64,000 bases of DNA from an uncultured delta proteobacterium (GTDB lineage Bacteria > Myxococcota > UBA727 > VGSZ01), in NCBI GenBank assembly GCA_963775425.1, contig CAVZJB010000006.1:96001-160000 (forward strand), given 5' to 3'. The notes under the pieces were generated by a model. That model saw only the letters and a list, made by a program, of their open reading frames with translations, searched no databases and was not told the origin of the DNA. Numbering within the stretch: position 1 is the first letter of the stretch; each line of letters opens with the position of its first letter. Of this stretch, positions 17,542 to 27,499 are shown in pieces. Position numbers and translations under genes: made by a program.

Positions 17542-18337
17542 CGGCCCCCGCCGCCTTGCCCGGCCCCGCGCGCGGCGCGGCGCGTGTGTCGCTGCGCTTG
17601 AACTTCTCCACGAGCGCCGCGATGGGCGCGGCGTCGATGCCGCGCTCGGCGAGCGCGCGCGAAAACGCCTGGGGCACCGGCGCCGTCACGAACGCGCGGC
17701 CGCCCTGCGGCAAAGGGAACGAGAGGCAGAGCGCGAGGAGGCCGATGCCGGCGGCGTCGGGCCAGCGGGTGGTGGCGCCGTAGGCGACGTCGCCGGCGAT
17801 GGGGTGGCCGACGTGCGCGAGGTGGCAGCGGATCTGGTGCATGCGCCCGGTCTCCGGCCGGCACTCGAGCAGCGCGCCCCCGGCTTCGCCCGCGGCACGC
17901 GCGAGGACGCGGACGCGGGTGAGCGCTCGCACGCCCTGTTCGTCGACGGTCTGGTGCGCGAGCGGCCCCTTCCTGGCGCCGGGGTCGTCGATGCGCGACA
18001 GGCGCGCGTCGATGTCGAGCTTGTCCCACGGGGGCGACCCCTCGACGAGCGCGAGGTAGCGCTTGTCGACGAGGTGCCGGCGGAACGCCTCCGACAACGC
18101 CTGCTGCCCGAACGGCGTCTTGGCCACGACGCAGACGCCGCTGGTGACACGATCGAGGCGGTGAACGGGGCGCGCGGCCGGGGACCGCTCCTGCGCGACG
18201 TCGAGGAGCGTCGGCCGCGGCACGCCACGCCCGGCGACCACCGTCATGCCCGCGGGCTTCACGAACACCGCGTGGTGCGGCCCTTCGTCCACCAGCGTCG
18301 CGCTCGATTTGCGACTGGAGGGAGCGGCCGCGTTCAA
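17459..18337 (-). CDS. RluA-family pseudouridine synthase
   Basis: VKPAG, VHRLDRVTSG, TGRMHQIRCHL and GHPIAGDVAYG motifs. A TTG start overlapping the upstream stop is assumed. Confidence 0.92.
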   Translation of the reverse strand: MNAAAPSSRKSSATLVDEGPHHAVFVKPAGMTVVAGRGVPRPTLLDVAQERSPAARPVHRLDRVTSGVCVVAKTPFGQQALSEAFRRHLVDKRYLALVEGSPPWDKLDIDARLSRIDDPGARKGPLAHQTVDEQGVRALTRVRVLARAAGEAGGALLECRPETGRMHQIRCHLAHVGHPIAGDVAYGATTRWPDAAGIGLLALCLSFPLPQGGRAFVTAPVPQAFSRALAERGIDAAPIAALVEKFKRSDTRAAPRAGPGKAAGAVKKTRGAQKPAAPRPESRRSRHRGRPR

Positions 18338-19797
18338 TTGAGCGACAGGATGAGCGGGATGCGCGCGTCGGTCGGTGGCCCCGGGAACGGCGCGAACTTC
18401 CACTTCTTCGCGGCGCGCACGATGCACTCGCCGCCGGGCGACGCCTGGGTGAGCGCGTCCTCGAAGCGCGCGCCGGAGACCCTGCCGTTCGGCTCCACGC
18501 CGACGACGAGGTACTTCTTGCCGTGCGGCACGCTGCCGCTCTTGGCCGCCTTCTCGATGCAGTCCTGGATGGCGGGCTGGTTCTGCTTCACCACCGCGGC
18601 GACGTTCTCCGGATCGAGATCGCTGCCGTCGATGAGCGTCTTTGTGGCCGCGGGCGCGTGCAGCGTGACCGCCGCCGCGTGCTTCTCGTCGTGCTGGAGC
18701 AACGCGAGCGAGGCGCGCTCCTTGGCGGAGATGTCCGCGGCGAGGCCGCCGCCGACGTCCGCGTGCGCGACGCCGCCGCTGCCGCTGCCGCCGCCGGTGT
18801 TGAACGCGCCGCTGAGATCGGAGGCGCTCACGCCGCCGGCGGCGCGGGCGCGGTGGCGGGCGGCGTTTTGCGCGCGCACCTTCTTTTCGCACAGCGCCGG
18901 GTCCGGCATCAGCTTGCACTTGAGCTTGGGATCCTCGTCGCCGCTGTCCCAGGCGACTTGCTCGGGCGGCTTGAAGTCGTCGTGCTTCTGGGCGACGACG
19001 GCGATGGCGCTGTGCAGGCCGGGGATCTCGATGACCTCGTTGTAGTCGAGGAAGCAGACGCCGGCCAGGAGCAGGAGGCCGCCGACGGCGACGCCGGCGT
19101 ACATGCGCTGCTTCTTGGCGCGGTTTTGCAGACCCGCCTGCATGATGAACACGCGGGTGCTGTCGCGCGGCGGCTGATCGCCGAAGCCGGGGTTGCTCAC
19201 GGCGGCGAAGGGATCGTTGACGGGGATGCCCGTCGCGGACTCGCGCGCGCGCTTGGCCTCGTCGAACGGAATGATCTCCGCGCCGGCCTGGCCCTCCTCC
19301 GACGGCGGTGGCGGCGGCGGCCGCTTGGGCGGCGGCGCCGGCCGCGCCTCCTCGAGCAGGAACGAGAACTGCGGGACCTCGCGCAGGCGCGTCCACGCCG
19401 ACATGGTCTCGTTCCACAGATAGGTGCGCTCGGTGATCCGTCCCTCGCGGTACAGGCGCGTCACGTCGTCGCGCTTGGCGGGGCCGTGCTGCTTGCCCTT
19501 GATGGCCACGTACCAGTCGACGTCGGCGCCGCGGGGCGGCGGTCGCCGCGCGGGCGGCGGGGACGGTGACGTCGTTCGGCGATTGGACGGAGCAGCCGTG
19601 CTTGATCGCGGCGCCGCGGCGGCGGGGGCGCCGCCGGCAGACTGCGCCACCGCCTGGTGGGAGCCCGACAACGCGCCCGGCTCGCGCACGACGAGGATGT
19701 TGCCGCAGGTCTTGCAGCGGATCTTCAAGACCTTGCCGCGCACCTTCTCGTCGCCGATCGAATACCGCGTCTGGCAGCGGTCACAGCTGAACTTCAC
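18334..19797 (-). CDS. AgmX/GltJ-like gliding motility protein (zinc ribbon, GYF_2, TM, TonB-C-like)
   Basis: MKFSCDRCQTRY...KIRCKTCG, WYVAIKGKQHGP...YLWNETMSAW, single TM, IQDCIEK...ECI...KWKF. Confidence 0.82.
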   Translation of the reverse strand: MKFSCDRCQTRYSIGDEKVRGKVLKIRCKTCGNILVVREPGALSGSHQAVAQSAGGAPAAAAPRSSTAAPSNRRTTSPSPPPARRPPPRGADVDWYVAIKGKQHGPAKRDDVTRLYREGRITERTYLWNETMSAWTRLREVPQFSFLLEEARPAPPPKRPPPPPPSEEGQAGAEIIPFDEAKRARESATGIPVNDPFAAVSNPGFGDQPPRDSTRVFIMQAGLQNRAKKQRMYAGVAVGGLLLLAGVCFLDYNEVIEIPGLHSAIAVVAQKHDDFKPPEQVAWDSGDEDPKLKCKLMPDPALCEKKVRAQNAARHRARAAGGVSASDLSGAFNTGGGSGSGGVAHADVGGGLAADISAKERASLALLQHDEKHAAAVTLHAPAATKTLIDGSDLDPENVAAVVKQNQPAIQDCIEKAAKSGSVPHGKKYLVVGVEPNGRVSGARFEDALTQASPGGECIVRAAKKWKFAPFPGPPTDARIPLILSLN

Positions 19798-19870
19798 GTA
19801 GTCACCCGGGGTCGGCCGAGGATAGCAACGCGCGGTTGTCTTCGTCGATCTCCCACCTTATCTGGCCCCC

Positions 19871-20968
19871 ATGATTCGGCGAGTGGGAATCCTCACAGGC
19901 GGTGGCGACTGCCCTGGCTTGAACGCAGTGATCCGCGCCGTCGTCACGCGTGCGGAGCAGGTCGGGGTCGAGATCCTCGGGATCCGCGGCGGCTGGCGCG
20001 GCTTCCTCGAGAACGACACCGAGGTCCTCACGCGCATGCGCACGCGCGGCATCCTCCACGAGGGCGGCACCATCCTCGGGACCACCCGGGCCAACCCGTT
20101 CCAGGTCAAGGGCGGCCCCGAGCGCGTCGACGCGGCCTTCCGCGCCTGGCGCCTCGACGGTCTGATCGCGGTCGGCGGGGAGGGGACACTGACGCTTGCC
20201 ACGCGGTTCCACGAGCGCGGCCTTCGCGTGGTGGGCGTCCCCAAGACCATCGACAACGATCTCGACGGAACCGAGGTCACGTTCGGCTTCGACACCGCCG
20301 TCTCCGTCGCCACGGATCTCATCGATCGGCTGCGCACCACCGCGGAGGCGCATGAGCGCGTGATGGTCGTCGAGGTCATGGGCCGAAACGCCGGCTGGAT
20401 CGCCGTGCACGCCGGCCTCGCCGGCGGCGCCGACGTCATCGTCGTGCCGGAGCGCCCGGCCACCATCGACGACATCGTCCAGGTGGTGCTGACGCGCCGC
20501 GCCGAGGGCAAGCACTTCTCGCTCGTCGTCATCGCCGAGGGGGCGCTGATCCAGGAGAAGGAGGGGGTGTCACCGCACCTCGTCCTCGCCAACAACGAGC
20601 CCGACGCGTTCGGGCGCCCCCGCCTCGGCGGCGTCGCCAACTACGTCGCGCGGTGCGTCGAGGACGCCACGGGCATCGAGACGCGCGTGACCGTCCTCGG
20701 CCATGTCCAGCGCGGCGGCATCCCCACCGCGCGCGACCGCGTGCTCGCGCTGCGCTACGGCGTGCGCGCCATGGACGTCATCGCGGAAGGCCAAAGCGGC
20801 GTGATGGTGTCCTTGCGCGCCGACCAGATCGTGGTGGTGCCGCTGTCGGAGGCCACCAAGCAGCGCAAGCTCGTCGACGACGCGTGGCTCGCCCTCGCGG
20901 ACGTCTTCACCGACGTCAAGTACGCCCGCGGAAAGAGCGAGGGCCCCCGCGCCGCCACGGCGGAGTGA
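19871..20968 (+). CDS. pfkA: 6-phosphofructokinase
   Basis: TGGGDCPGLN, GGTILGT, PKTIDND, EVMGR and LGHVQRGG motifs. Confidence 0.96.
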   Translation: MIRRVGILTGGGDCPGLNAVIRAVVTRAEQVGVEILGIRGGWRGFLENDTEVLTRMRTRGILHEGGTILGTTRANPFQVKGGPERVDAAFRAWRLDGLIAVGGEGTLTLATRFHERGLRVVGVPKTIDNDLDGTEVTFGFDTAVSVATDLIDRLRTTAEAHERVMVVEVMGRNAGWIAVHAGLAGGADVIVVPERPATIDDIVQVVLTRRAEGKHFSLVVIAEGALIQEKEGVSPHLVLANNEPDAFGRPRLGGVANYVARCVEDATGIETRVTVLGHVQRGGIPTARDRVLALRYGVRAMDVIAEGQSGVMVSLRADQIVVVPLSEATKQRKLVDDAWLALADVFTDVKYARGKSEGPRAATAE

Positions 20969-20974
20969 CGGCGC

Positions 20975-21613
20975 TCAGCCCTCGAGGACGCGCGCCGCGA
21001 GCCCGTCGAGGTGATCGCCGGGCGACATGACGAACTCGCAGCGGGCGTCGCCGCGCGCGAGGCAGCGGATTTCGCGCGCGTGCAGGTCGAGGTCGAACGC
21101 CTCGGAGCACCAACCCGCCGAGTACCCCGCGGAGAACAGGCACGCGGGCTCCGTGACGGTGCGCCCGTTGGCCGCGAGCACCTCCGACTCGAAGGTGTTC
21201 GGGTGGACGTAGTGCAAGCAGTAGCTGTCGTCGGGCGTGGGGGCGCTGTCGGGGAGGATGTCCACGAAGGCCCAACCCGCGTGCGCGAAGTGCACCGGCC
21301 CCGCCGCCAGCCGCGCGACGCCGTCGGTGACGCCGAGGCGGGCGGAGAACACGCCGCAGTCGGCGCGCCCAATCTCGCGGGCGGTGTTGTACAGGAGCTC
21401 GCGAGCCGCCTCCTTGCCGAAGCTCTGCTCGAGGGCGTGCGACCAGGCGAGGTAGAAGCTCTCGGCCCGCATCAGCACATAGCGGTCCTCGCCGACGTGG
21501 ATGGTGCCCTCCTCGGGGTTGCGCCGAAAGCGCGAGAACAGGCTCTCGACAAAGCCCTCCGCGACGGCGAACGACGGCTCGAACCGCTCCGGCACGCGGA
21601 CGCTCTTGAGCAT
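20975..21613 (-). CDS. Stand-alone XylR_N/V4R small-molecule-binding protein
   Basis: EGTIHVGEDRYVLMR, CLFSAGYSAGWC and EIRCLARGDARCEF motifs; GGAGG RBS before ATG 21613. Confidence 0.85.
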   Translation of the reverse strand: MLKSVRVPERFEPSFAVAEGFVESLFSRFRRNPEEGTIHVGEDRYVLMRAESFYLAWSHALEQSFGKEAARELLYNTAREIGRADCGVFSARLGVTDGVARLAAGPVHFAHAGWAFVDILPDSAPTPDDSYCLHYVHPNTFESEVLAANGRTVTEPACLFSAGYSAGWCSEAFDLDLHAREIRCLARGDARCEFVMSPGDHLDGLAARVLEG

Positions 21614-21679
21614 CGTGTCCTCCTGCTTCACTTCAGAAGATATCGTCGTCGTCGGAGCTGCGGAAGCGGGCGACCCGCG

Positions 21680-22372
21680 TCAGCGCTTGGCGAGGAAGCG
21701 GGCCTGGATGAGCAGCGCGTCCGGGTTCACCGGCTTGTTGACGACGAGGCTCGCTCCCAGGCGCAGCAACCGGTCGTTGACCTTGCCGCGCGCGCCGAGG
21801 ACGAAGCAGTGCACGTGGTTCTTTCCCGCCCAGCGCACGACGCCCTCGGCGCCGTCGGAGGCGGCGTCGAGCACGACGAGATTGGGGGGCGGATCGCCCT
21901 CGATGATCTCGCCCGCGGTCGCCGCGCTCCGGACGCGGCAGCCGCCGCGCGCGAACACCTCGGTGAGGTGGGCGCGGAAGGCTTCGTCATCGTCGCGCAC
22001 CACCACCGAGAGCGAGGTGCGCGCGAGACCGGCCATGGCCAGCTCGTCGCGCAGCTCCTCGAGGCGGACGGGCTTTTGCAGGAAGTGATCGGCGCCCGCC
22101 TCCTCGGAGCGCGCGCGCCACTCGCGCGGCTCGAGGGCGGACATGACGATGACGGGGAGGTCGGGCGCCGAAGCGCGGATCGCGCGAATGACCTCGAGCC
22201 CGTCGATGTCCGGCAGGTTGAGATCACAGAGGGCGACGTCGAGCTCGAGCAGCGCGGCGCTCAACGCGAGCCGCCCGGACGCGCAAGTGACGACCTCGTG
22301 GCCGTCGGCGCGCAGGGCCTTGGCGCACATCCGGAGGATGTCCGGATCATCGTCGACGACGAGGATCCTCAT
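21680..22372 (-). CDS. Response regulator with two receiver domains and no output domain
   Basis: ILVVDDD...CDLNLP...QKP followed by VVRDDD...VVLD...NKP. Confidence 0.88.
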   Translation of the reverse strand: MRILVVDDDPDILRMCAKALRADGHEVVTCASGRLALSAALLELDVALCDLNLPDIDGLEVIRAIRASAPDLPVIVMSALEPREWRARSEEAGADHFLQKPVRLEELRDELAMAGLARTSLSVVVRDDDEAFRAHLTEVFARGGCRVRSAATAGEIIEGDPPPNLVVLDAASDGAEGVVRWAGKNHVHCFVLGARGKVNDRLLRLGASLVVNKPVNPDALLIQARFLAKR

Positions 22373-22767
22373 GGGCGGCCGGCGCCGGCTGCGATCTCGA
22401 TGGCGTGGCCGATGATGGTGAAGCCACGCTCCTTCAAGTGAGCGACGAGCCCGTCGACGTGATCGTGCACCGCGCGGCGGGCGGCGGCGTCCTCTACGAC
22501 GAACGTGGCGTGCATGCCCTCCGGCGTGCGCTTGAGCTTCATGTGCAACCCCCCGAGCACCTCGGCCTTGAACACGAGGTGAACCTCGTGACCGCCGCTC
22601 GACGATTCTTCAGCGGACACGAACACCATGTCCACCAGCTCGCCGAGCATCTCCTCCGTGCCCGGCGGGGGCGGCGCGAGGTCCCCGCCGTCCTCGAGCG
22701 CCGCCGGCGCCGCGCCGGCCGCCTGCCGCGCGATGTCCGGCGGCGCGCGCAGCACCGCGGGCCCCAC
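22369..22767 (-). CDS. FliK/SctP C-terminal-domain-like protein (start uncertain)
   Basis: EVHLVFKAEVLGGLHMKLKRTPEGMHATFVVEDAAARRAV...LVAHLKERGF resembles the hook/needle length-control domain. Its stop overlaps the ATG of the receiver gene. Confidence 0.6.
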   Translation of the reverse strand: MGPAVLRAPPDIARQAAGAAPAALEDGGDLAPPPPGTEEMLGELVDMVFVSAEESSSGGHEVHLVFKAEVLGGLHMKLKRTPEGMHATFVVEDAAARRAVHDHVDGLVAHLKERGFTIIGHAIEIAAGAGRP

Positions 22768-22880
22768 GACGAACGGCCCCTCGGGGGCCTCCCTGGCGGC
22801 CGCGGCCTGCCCCGCGGGCTGGCGCGACGCGCCGAGCCGCGCGAGGGCGGCGCGCGCCTTCGGGTAGCGCTCGGCGGCCT

Positions 22881-24242
22881 TCAGGCCTCGGCCCCGCGGC
22901 GCAGGCCGTGACGGCGGGCGAGAACCCAGAAGTTCTTGCGATCGATGCCCGCGATGCGCGCGGCCTCGCTCATGTTGCCGTCGGCGCGCTCGAGGACGCG
23001 TCGCAGGTAGTCGCGCTCGAACTCGGCGACGACGCGGCGCTTCTCGTCGCGGAACGTGCCCGCCTGCGGCGGGGCGAACGCCGCCGGCCCGCCGTCGCCG
23101 ATGTCGATGACGTGGATGATGGGCTCGGTGGCGAGCACCACGAGCTGTTGCACCCGGTTTTCGAGCTCGCGCACGTTGCCCGGCCACAGGTGCGCCTTGA
23201 GCTGCGACAGCGCCGCCGGCGAGAAGCCGCGCACGTCCTTGTCGTACAGGCGGCGGAAGGTGTTCAGGAAGTATGACGCGAGCACCGGGATGTCGTCGCT
23301 GCGCTCGCGCAGCGGCGGCACCAGGATGGGCACGATGTTCAAGCGATAGTAGAGGTCCTCGCGGAACAGCCCGTCGTGGACCATCTGCTTGAGGTCGCGG
23401 TTGGTGGCCGCGATGATCCGGACGTCGGCGCGCAGCGGCTTGGGCGAGCCGAGCGGCTTGTACTCCTTGGACTGCAGGAAGCGCAGCAGCTTCACCTGCA
23501 CGGCTGGCGACACCTCGCCAATCTCGTCGAGGAAGAGCGTGCCGCCGTTGGCCTCCTCGACGAGGCCGGCGGTGTCGCGGTGGGCGTCGGTGAAGGCGCC
23601 GCGCTTGTATCCGAACAGCTCGCTCTCGAGCAGGGTGTCGGAGAGCGCGCCGCAGTTGACGGCGACGAAGCGCTTGTGGCGCCGGCGCGACAGCTCGTGG
23701 ATGCGCCGCGCGACCAGCTCCTTGCCGGTGCCGGACTCACCGGTGACGAGGACGGTGGCGTCGGTCTGCGCGGTCATGGGCAGCCGCCGCAGCAGCGACG
23801 TGAGCGCGGGCGTGTCGCCGATGATGAGCGTCTCGCCCGACGCGAGCATGCTCGCACGCAGCTCCTTCACCTCGCGCGCGAGGCTGACGCGCTCGAGGAG
23901 GCCGCGCAGGCGGTGGCTGAACACCTCGTGCGAGATGGGCTTGGTGATGTAGTCGTCGGCGCCGCGCTTCAGGAAGCGCACGGCGTCGTCGACGGTGGGC
24001 TGCGCGGTCATGATGAGCACCGGCGTCTCCGGGCTCTGCTTCTTCACCTCTTCGAGCACCTTCTCGCCGGAGACGTCGGGCATGAGCACGTCGGTGACGA
24101 TGGCGTCGATGTCGCCCTGGGCAAAGCGCGCGAGGGCCGCGCGGCCGCTCTCCGCGAAGACGGCCGTGAACGGCTCGCCGCGGCAGTACAGCTCGAGGAG
24201 GAACCTCGTCTGCGCGTCGTCGTCGGCGATGAGCACGAGCAT
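22881..24242 (-). CDS. Sigma-54-dependent NtrC-family response regulator
   Basis: Receiver domain (LIADDD, TDVLMP), GESGTGKE, GAFTDA, LFLDEIGE, WPGNVRELEN and Fis-type HTH. Confidence 0.96.
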   Translation of the reverse strand: MLVLIADDDAQTRFLLELYCRGEPFTAVFAESGRAALARFAQGDIDAIVTDVLMPDVSGEKVLEEVKKQSPETPVLIMTAQPTVDDAVRFLKRGADDYITKPISHEVFSHRLRGLLERVSLAREVKELRASMLASGETLIIGDTPALTSLLRRLPMTAQTDATVLVTGESGTGKELVARRIHELSRRRHKRFVAVNCGALSDTLLESELFGYKRGAFTDAHRDTAGLVEEANGGTLFLDEIGEVSPAVQVKLLRFLQSKEYKPLGSPKPLRADVRIIAATNRDLKQMVHDGLFREDLYYRLNIVPILVPPLRERSDDIPVLASYFLNTFRRLYDKDVRGFSPAALSQLKAHLWPGNVRELENRVQQLVVLATEPIIHVIDIGDGGPAAFAPPQAGTFRDEKRRVVAEFERDYLRRVLERADGNMSEAARIAGIDRKNFWVLARRHGLRRGAEA

Positions 24243-24301
24243 CGGCGAGGACGATATCGAAGGACCCTCCGTCGCGCACGCCCCGCGGCGTGCTGCGCCC
24301 G

Positions 24302-24920
24302 TCAGATCACCCGCACCCGCACGACGCCATCGTCTTGCCCCGGGGTGACGAGGACGGCGTTGTCGGCGCAGGCGAGGGCGACGCCGTGGTCGACTTCGTC
24401 GCGCGCGGGGCCGCAGTCCTCGCGCGCGCCGCCCTCGAACGGCTCGCGCCACGCGCGCCCCTCGTCGAGGATCACAGCGCGCCGCGCGCTCGTCATGCGA
24501 CGGGAGGGAGGGGCCGCGCGCGGTCCGCGCGAACGCGTCGACGGCGTCGCGGAGCCCGCGGGTGCTCGCCGGCGTCCCGTCCCACACGACGCGCCCCGGG
24601 CCCGCCCCCGGCGCCGCGAGGGCCGCGTCGATCTCGGCGTCGTCGAGCGCGGCGAGCTCGGGCTCGATCCCGGGCGCGCCGCGCTCGTCCGCGACGAGCA
24701 GCACGTCGCGCGCGCTCGCGAGCCAGCGCAGCCACGGCAGCGCGCCGGTGAAGCGCGGCACCACCGCGATCATCGCCGGGCAGGGGGCGCGCGCCGTCCA
24801 GCTCTCCCATGACGCCCCGAGGCCGAGCGCCTCGAGGAAGCCGGGCGTGCGCTTGCTGCTCCAGGGGCGCGCGGCGCCGAGATCGAGGAGGTCGACGATG
24901 CCGACGCGCGGGAGAGGCAT
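24302..24920 (-). CDS. Hypothetical protein with an apparent frameshift near 24500
   Basis: MPLPRVGIVDLL... reads as coding until about 24500, after which the coding-like frame is the 24302..24496 ORF. Confidence 0.5.
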
Positions 24921-25031
24921 CCGTCCTTCGTGGCACGCCCGAGCGCCGCGGAACAAGCGCCACGGCGCGCACGCTCGGCGCTGCGCAACTCTCCCTTGCG
25001 GAGCACGGCTCGTTGCTGCGACAAGGGGCGC

Positions 25032-26639
25032 GTGAGCGAGCTGCCGCAGGGCGTCAAGGAGAGCATCGACCCCGTCGATCTGCGCATGGTGGCGCACGAC
25101 CTCTGGCCGCGCCGGCTCATCGAGCGCCGTGACGAGCAACCCGTCACGCTGCCGCAGCGGGTGTTCTGGCCGGACAACGACGACCAGGTCGCCGCCGTCG
25201 TGCGCGCCGCGCGCGTCGCGCGCAGGCCGCTCGTCCCCTTCGGCGCCGGCAGCGGCGTGTGCGGCGGCATCTCGCCGACGTCGACGTCGTGGATCCTCGA
25301 CCTCAAGCGCCTGTCGCGCGTGGTCTCCGTCGACGCCGCCCAGCGCACCTGCGTCGTCGAGGCCGGCGTCATCGGCGAGCGCCTCGAGGAGGCGCTCAAC
25401 GCGCGCGGCCTCACGCTCGGCCACTTCCCGTCGTCCTTGTATTGCTCCACCGTCGGCGGCTGGGTCGCCACCCGCGGCGCCGGCCAGCTCTCGTCGCGCT
25501 ACGGCAAGGTCGAGGACATGGTCCTCGCCGTCGAAGGCGTCGACGGCCGCGGCAAGAAGATCCGCGCCGCCGTCGACGAGCCCCAGACCGGCCCCGGCGC
25601 GCTCCAGCTCCTGATCGGCTCCGAGGGCGCCCTCGCCGTCATCACGCGCGTCACCTTCAGGGTCCACCCGCTCGCGTCGCACCGCTGGCTGCGCGCCTAC
25701 GCCTTCGACGACCTCGGCGGCGCCCTCGCCGCGATGCGCGCGGTCATGCAGGGCGGCGAGGCCCCGAGCGTGCTGCGCCTGTACGATCCCAACGACGCCG
25801 CCCTCGCCGGCTCCCTGCCGCAGCGCGAGGGCGACCCCGACCGCATCGTCGCCGGCGGCATCGCCCACGCCGACCTCGAGGACAGCGGGCCCAAGCCCGA
25901 GACCGACGAGGAGCCCACCCTCTTCGACACCCTCGCCGAGCGCGTCGACGAGCTGGCGCTCTTCGTGCGGCCGCGCGCCGCGCGCAAGATCGTCGGCGAG
26001 ATCCTCGGGCGCCCCACGCTCGCCAACGCCGTCCTCGACCGCATCCACGCCAAGCCCCGGCTCATCATCGGCCTCGAGGGCCGCGCCGACGAGATCGCCG
26101 CGCGCGTGCCCGCGTTGAAGGCGCGGCTGCAGGCCATGGGCGCGCGCGACCTCGGCGACGAGCCCGGCACCCGCTGGCTCATGCACCGCCACCGCGTGAG
26201 CTACCGGATGTCGCGCGCGTTCGCCGCCGGCACCTGGGTGGACACGTTCGAGGTGGCCACCGGGTGGGAGGGCGTGGTGCCGCTCTACCGCGACGTGCGC
26301 GAGGCGCTGCGCGACGTCGCCGTCGTCATGTGCCACATGAGCCACGCCTATCACGACGGCTGCTCCCTCTACTTCACGTTCGCGGGCTTCGGCGCGCAGG
26401 GCTCCGGTCCGCGCTCGGCGCTCTCGCGCTACGACCTCGCGTGGGAGCGCGCGCTCACCGTCGCCCGCCGCCACGGCGCCGCGCTGTCGCACCACCACGG
26501 CATCGGCCGCAGCAAGGCGCGCGCGCTCCGCCCGGCGGCGGGGGCCAACGCGCTCCTGCATGCGCTCAAGCGCGAGCTCGACCCCGACGACATCCTGAAC
26601 CCGGGCGTGCTCGGCCTCGGCGGCGAGGCCGCGCGGTGA
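25032..26639 (+). CDS. FAD-binding oxidoreductase, alkyl-dihydroxyacetonephosphate synthase (AGPS)-like
   Basis: PFGAGSGVCGG, GHFPSS...STVGGWVATRGAGQ.S.RYG..ED, GSEG, CHMSHAY..G.SLYFTF, HHHGIG and DP..ILNPG motifs. Confidence 0.88.
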   Translation: MSELPQGVKESIDPVDLRMVAHDLWPRRLIERRDEQPVTLPQRVFWPDNDDQVAAVVRAARVARRPLVPFGAGSGVCGGISPTSTSWILDLKRLSRVVSVDAAQRTCVVEAGVIGERLEEALNARGLTLGHFPSSLYCSTVGGWVATRGAGQLSSRYGKVEDMVLAVEGVDGRGKKIRAAVDEPQTGPGALQLLIGSEGALAVITRVTFRVHPLASHRWLRAYAFDDLGGALAAMRAVMQGGEAPSVLRLYDPNDAALAGSLPQREGDPDRIVAGGIAHADLEDSGPKPETDEEPTLFDTLAERVDELALFVRPRAARKIVGEILGRPTLANAVLDRIHAKPRLIIGLEGRADEIAARVPALKARLQAMGARDLGDEPGTRWLMHRHRVSYRMSRAFAAGTWVDTFEVATGWEGVVPLYRDVREALRDVAVVMCHMSHAYHDGCSLYFTFAGFGAQGSGPRSALSRYDLAWERALTVARRHGAALSHHHGIGRSKARALRPAAGANALLHALKRELDPDDILNPGVLGLGGEAAR

Positions 26640-27499
26640 AGCACCTCGACACGCGCCCCAACGACCTCATCGAGCTGCTCCGCCGCGCCCGCGTCGAGGG
26701 CACGCCGCTCGCGCTGCGCGCGCCGCCGGGCACGGACAGCGCCATCGTTCGCCTCGTCGCAGGGCGCGAGGCCACCGTCAGCCTCGACGGTCACAACGGC
26801 ATCGCGGAGATAGACGGCGCGCTCACGCTGTCGTCGGCGGCGCGGCGGCTCGAGCGCATGGGCGCGGTGTTTCCGCTCGCGCGCCCGCTGCCGCCGCTGT
26901 CGTTGGCCGTGGCGTGCGCTGCGCTGCCGTTCTTCGTCGACGCCTACGTGCAGCAGGTGGAGGCCATCACCTTCGACGGCGATCCCTTCGACACGCCCCG
27001 CGCCCCGCGCGCCGCCGCCGGCCCCTCGCTCATCGCGGCGCTGTGCACGCGGCCGCCGCTGGCGCTCGCGGTGCGCGCGCGCGTGCGCGTGCTCCTCACC
27101 ACGCACGCGGTGCTCCACCGCGAGGAGCACGACAACGTGCGCGCCGCCGCCGCCCGCGTGCGCGCGCTCGTCGACGACGGGCGCGCCTTCACCGTGGACG
27201 CGTGCGGCACCTCGGTGCTCGTGCTCGGCGGCGCCGGCCGCGCGACGTCCCTGCCCGCCGAGAGCTTCACACACGAGGGCCGCGGGCGGAGCGCGTCGTT
27301 CTCCCGTTCGCGCTCGCTCCGTCCCGGCGACGAAGACGCGGTGGCCGCCGCGCTCGACGAGGGCGCGCGCGTGGTCGCGGCGCCGTTCATGGGGCGCGTG
27401 GCGGCGCTGTCGCGCGGCTTCGAAGCCATCCCGGTCGTCGAGGTCGAGCGCGGTGTGCGCGCCGTCGCCGACGCGCTCGTGAAAGGTCCCTCCGCATGA
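26636..27499 (+). CDS. Degenerate FAD-binding/GlcE-like partner subunit
   Basis: VKHLDTRPNDLIELL...; overlaps both neighbours; TPRAPRAAAGPSL resembles the second half of the FAD_binding_4 fold. Confidence 0.55.
   Translation: MKHLDTRPNDLIELLRRARVEGTPLALRAPPGTDSAIVRLVAGREATVSLDGHNGIAEIDGALTLSSAARRLERMGAVFPLARPLPPLSLAVACAALPFFVDAYVQQVEAITFDGDPFDTPRAPRAAAGPSLIAALCTRPPLALAVRARVRVLLTTHAVLHREEHDNVRAAAARVRALVDDGRAFTVDACGTSVLVLGGAGRATSLPAESFTHEGRGRSASFSRSRSLRPGDEDAVAAALDEGARVVAAPFMGRVAALSRGFEAIPVVEVERGVRAVADALVKGPSA

Noticed and set aside
24931-25017. Sigma-54 promoters upstream of the AGPS-like operon (TGGCACG..., GAGCACG...TTGC)
   Set aside because: GG-N10-GC spacing is off by one in both candidates.
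22881-26561. 1226 aa fusion of an unknown region to the NtrC regulator
   Set aside because: It is a composite of antisense shadow, a frameshifted hypothetical gene and the true regulator starting at 24242.
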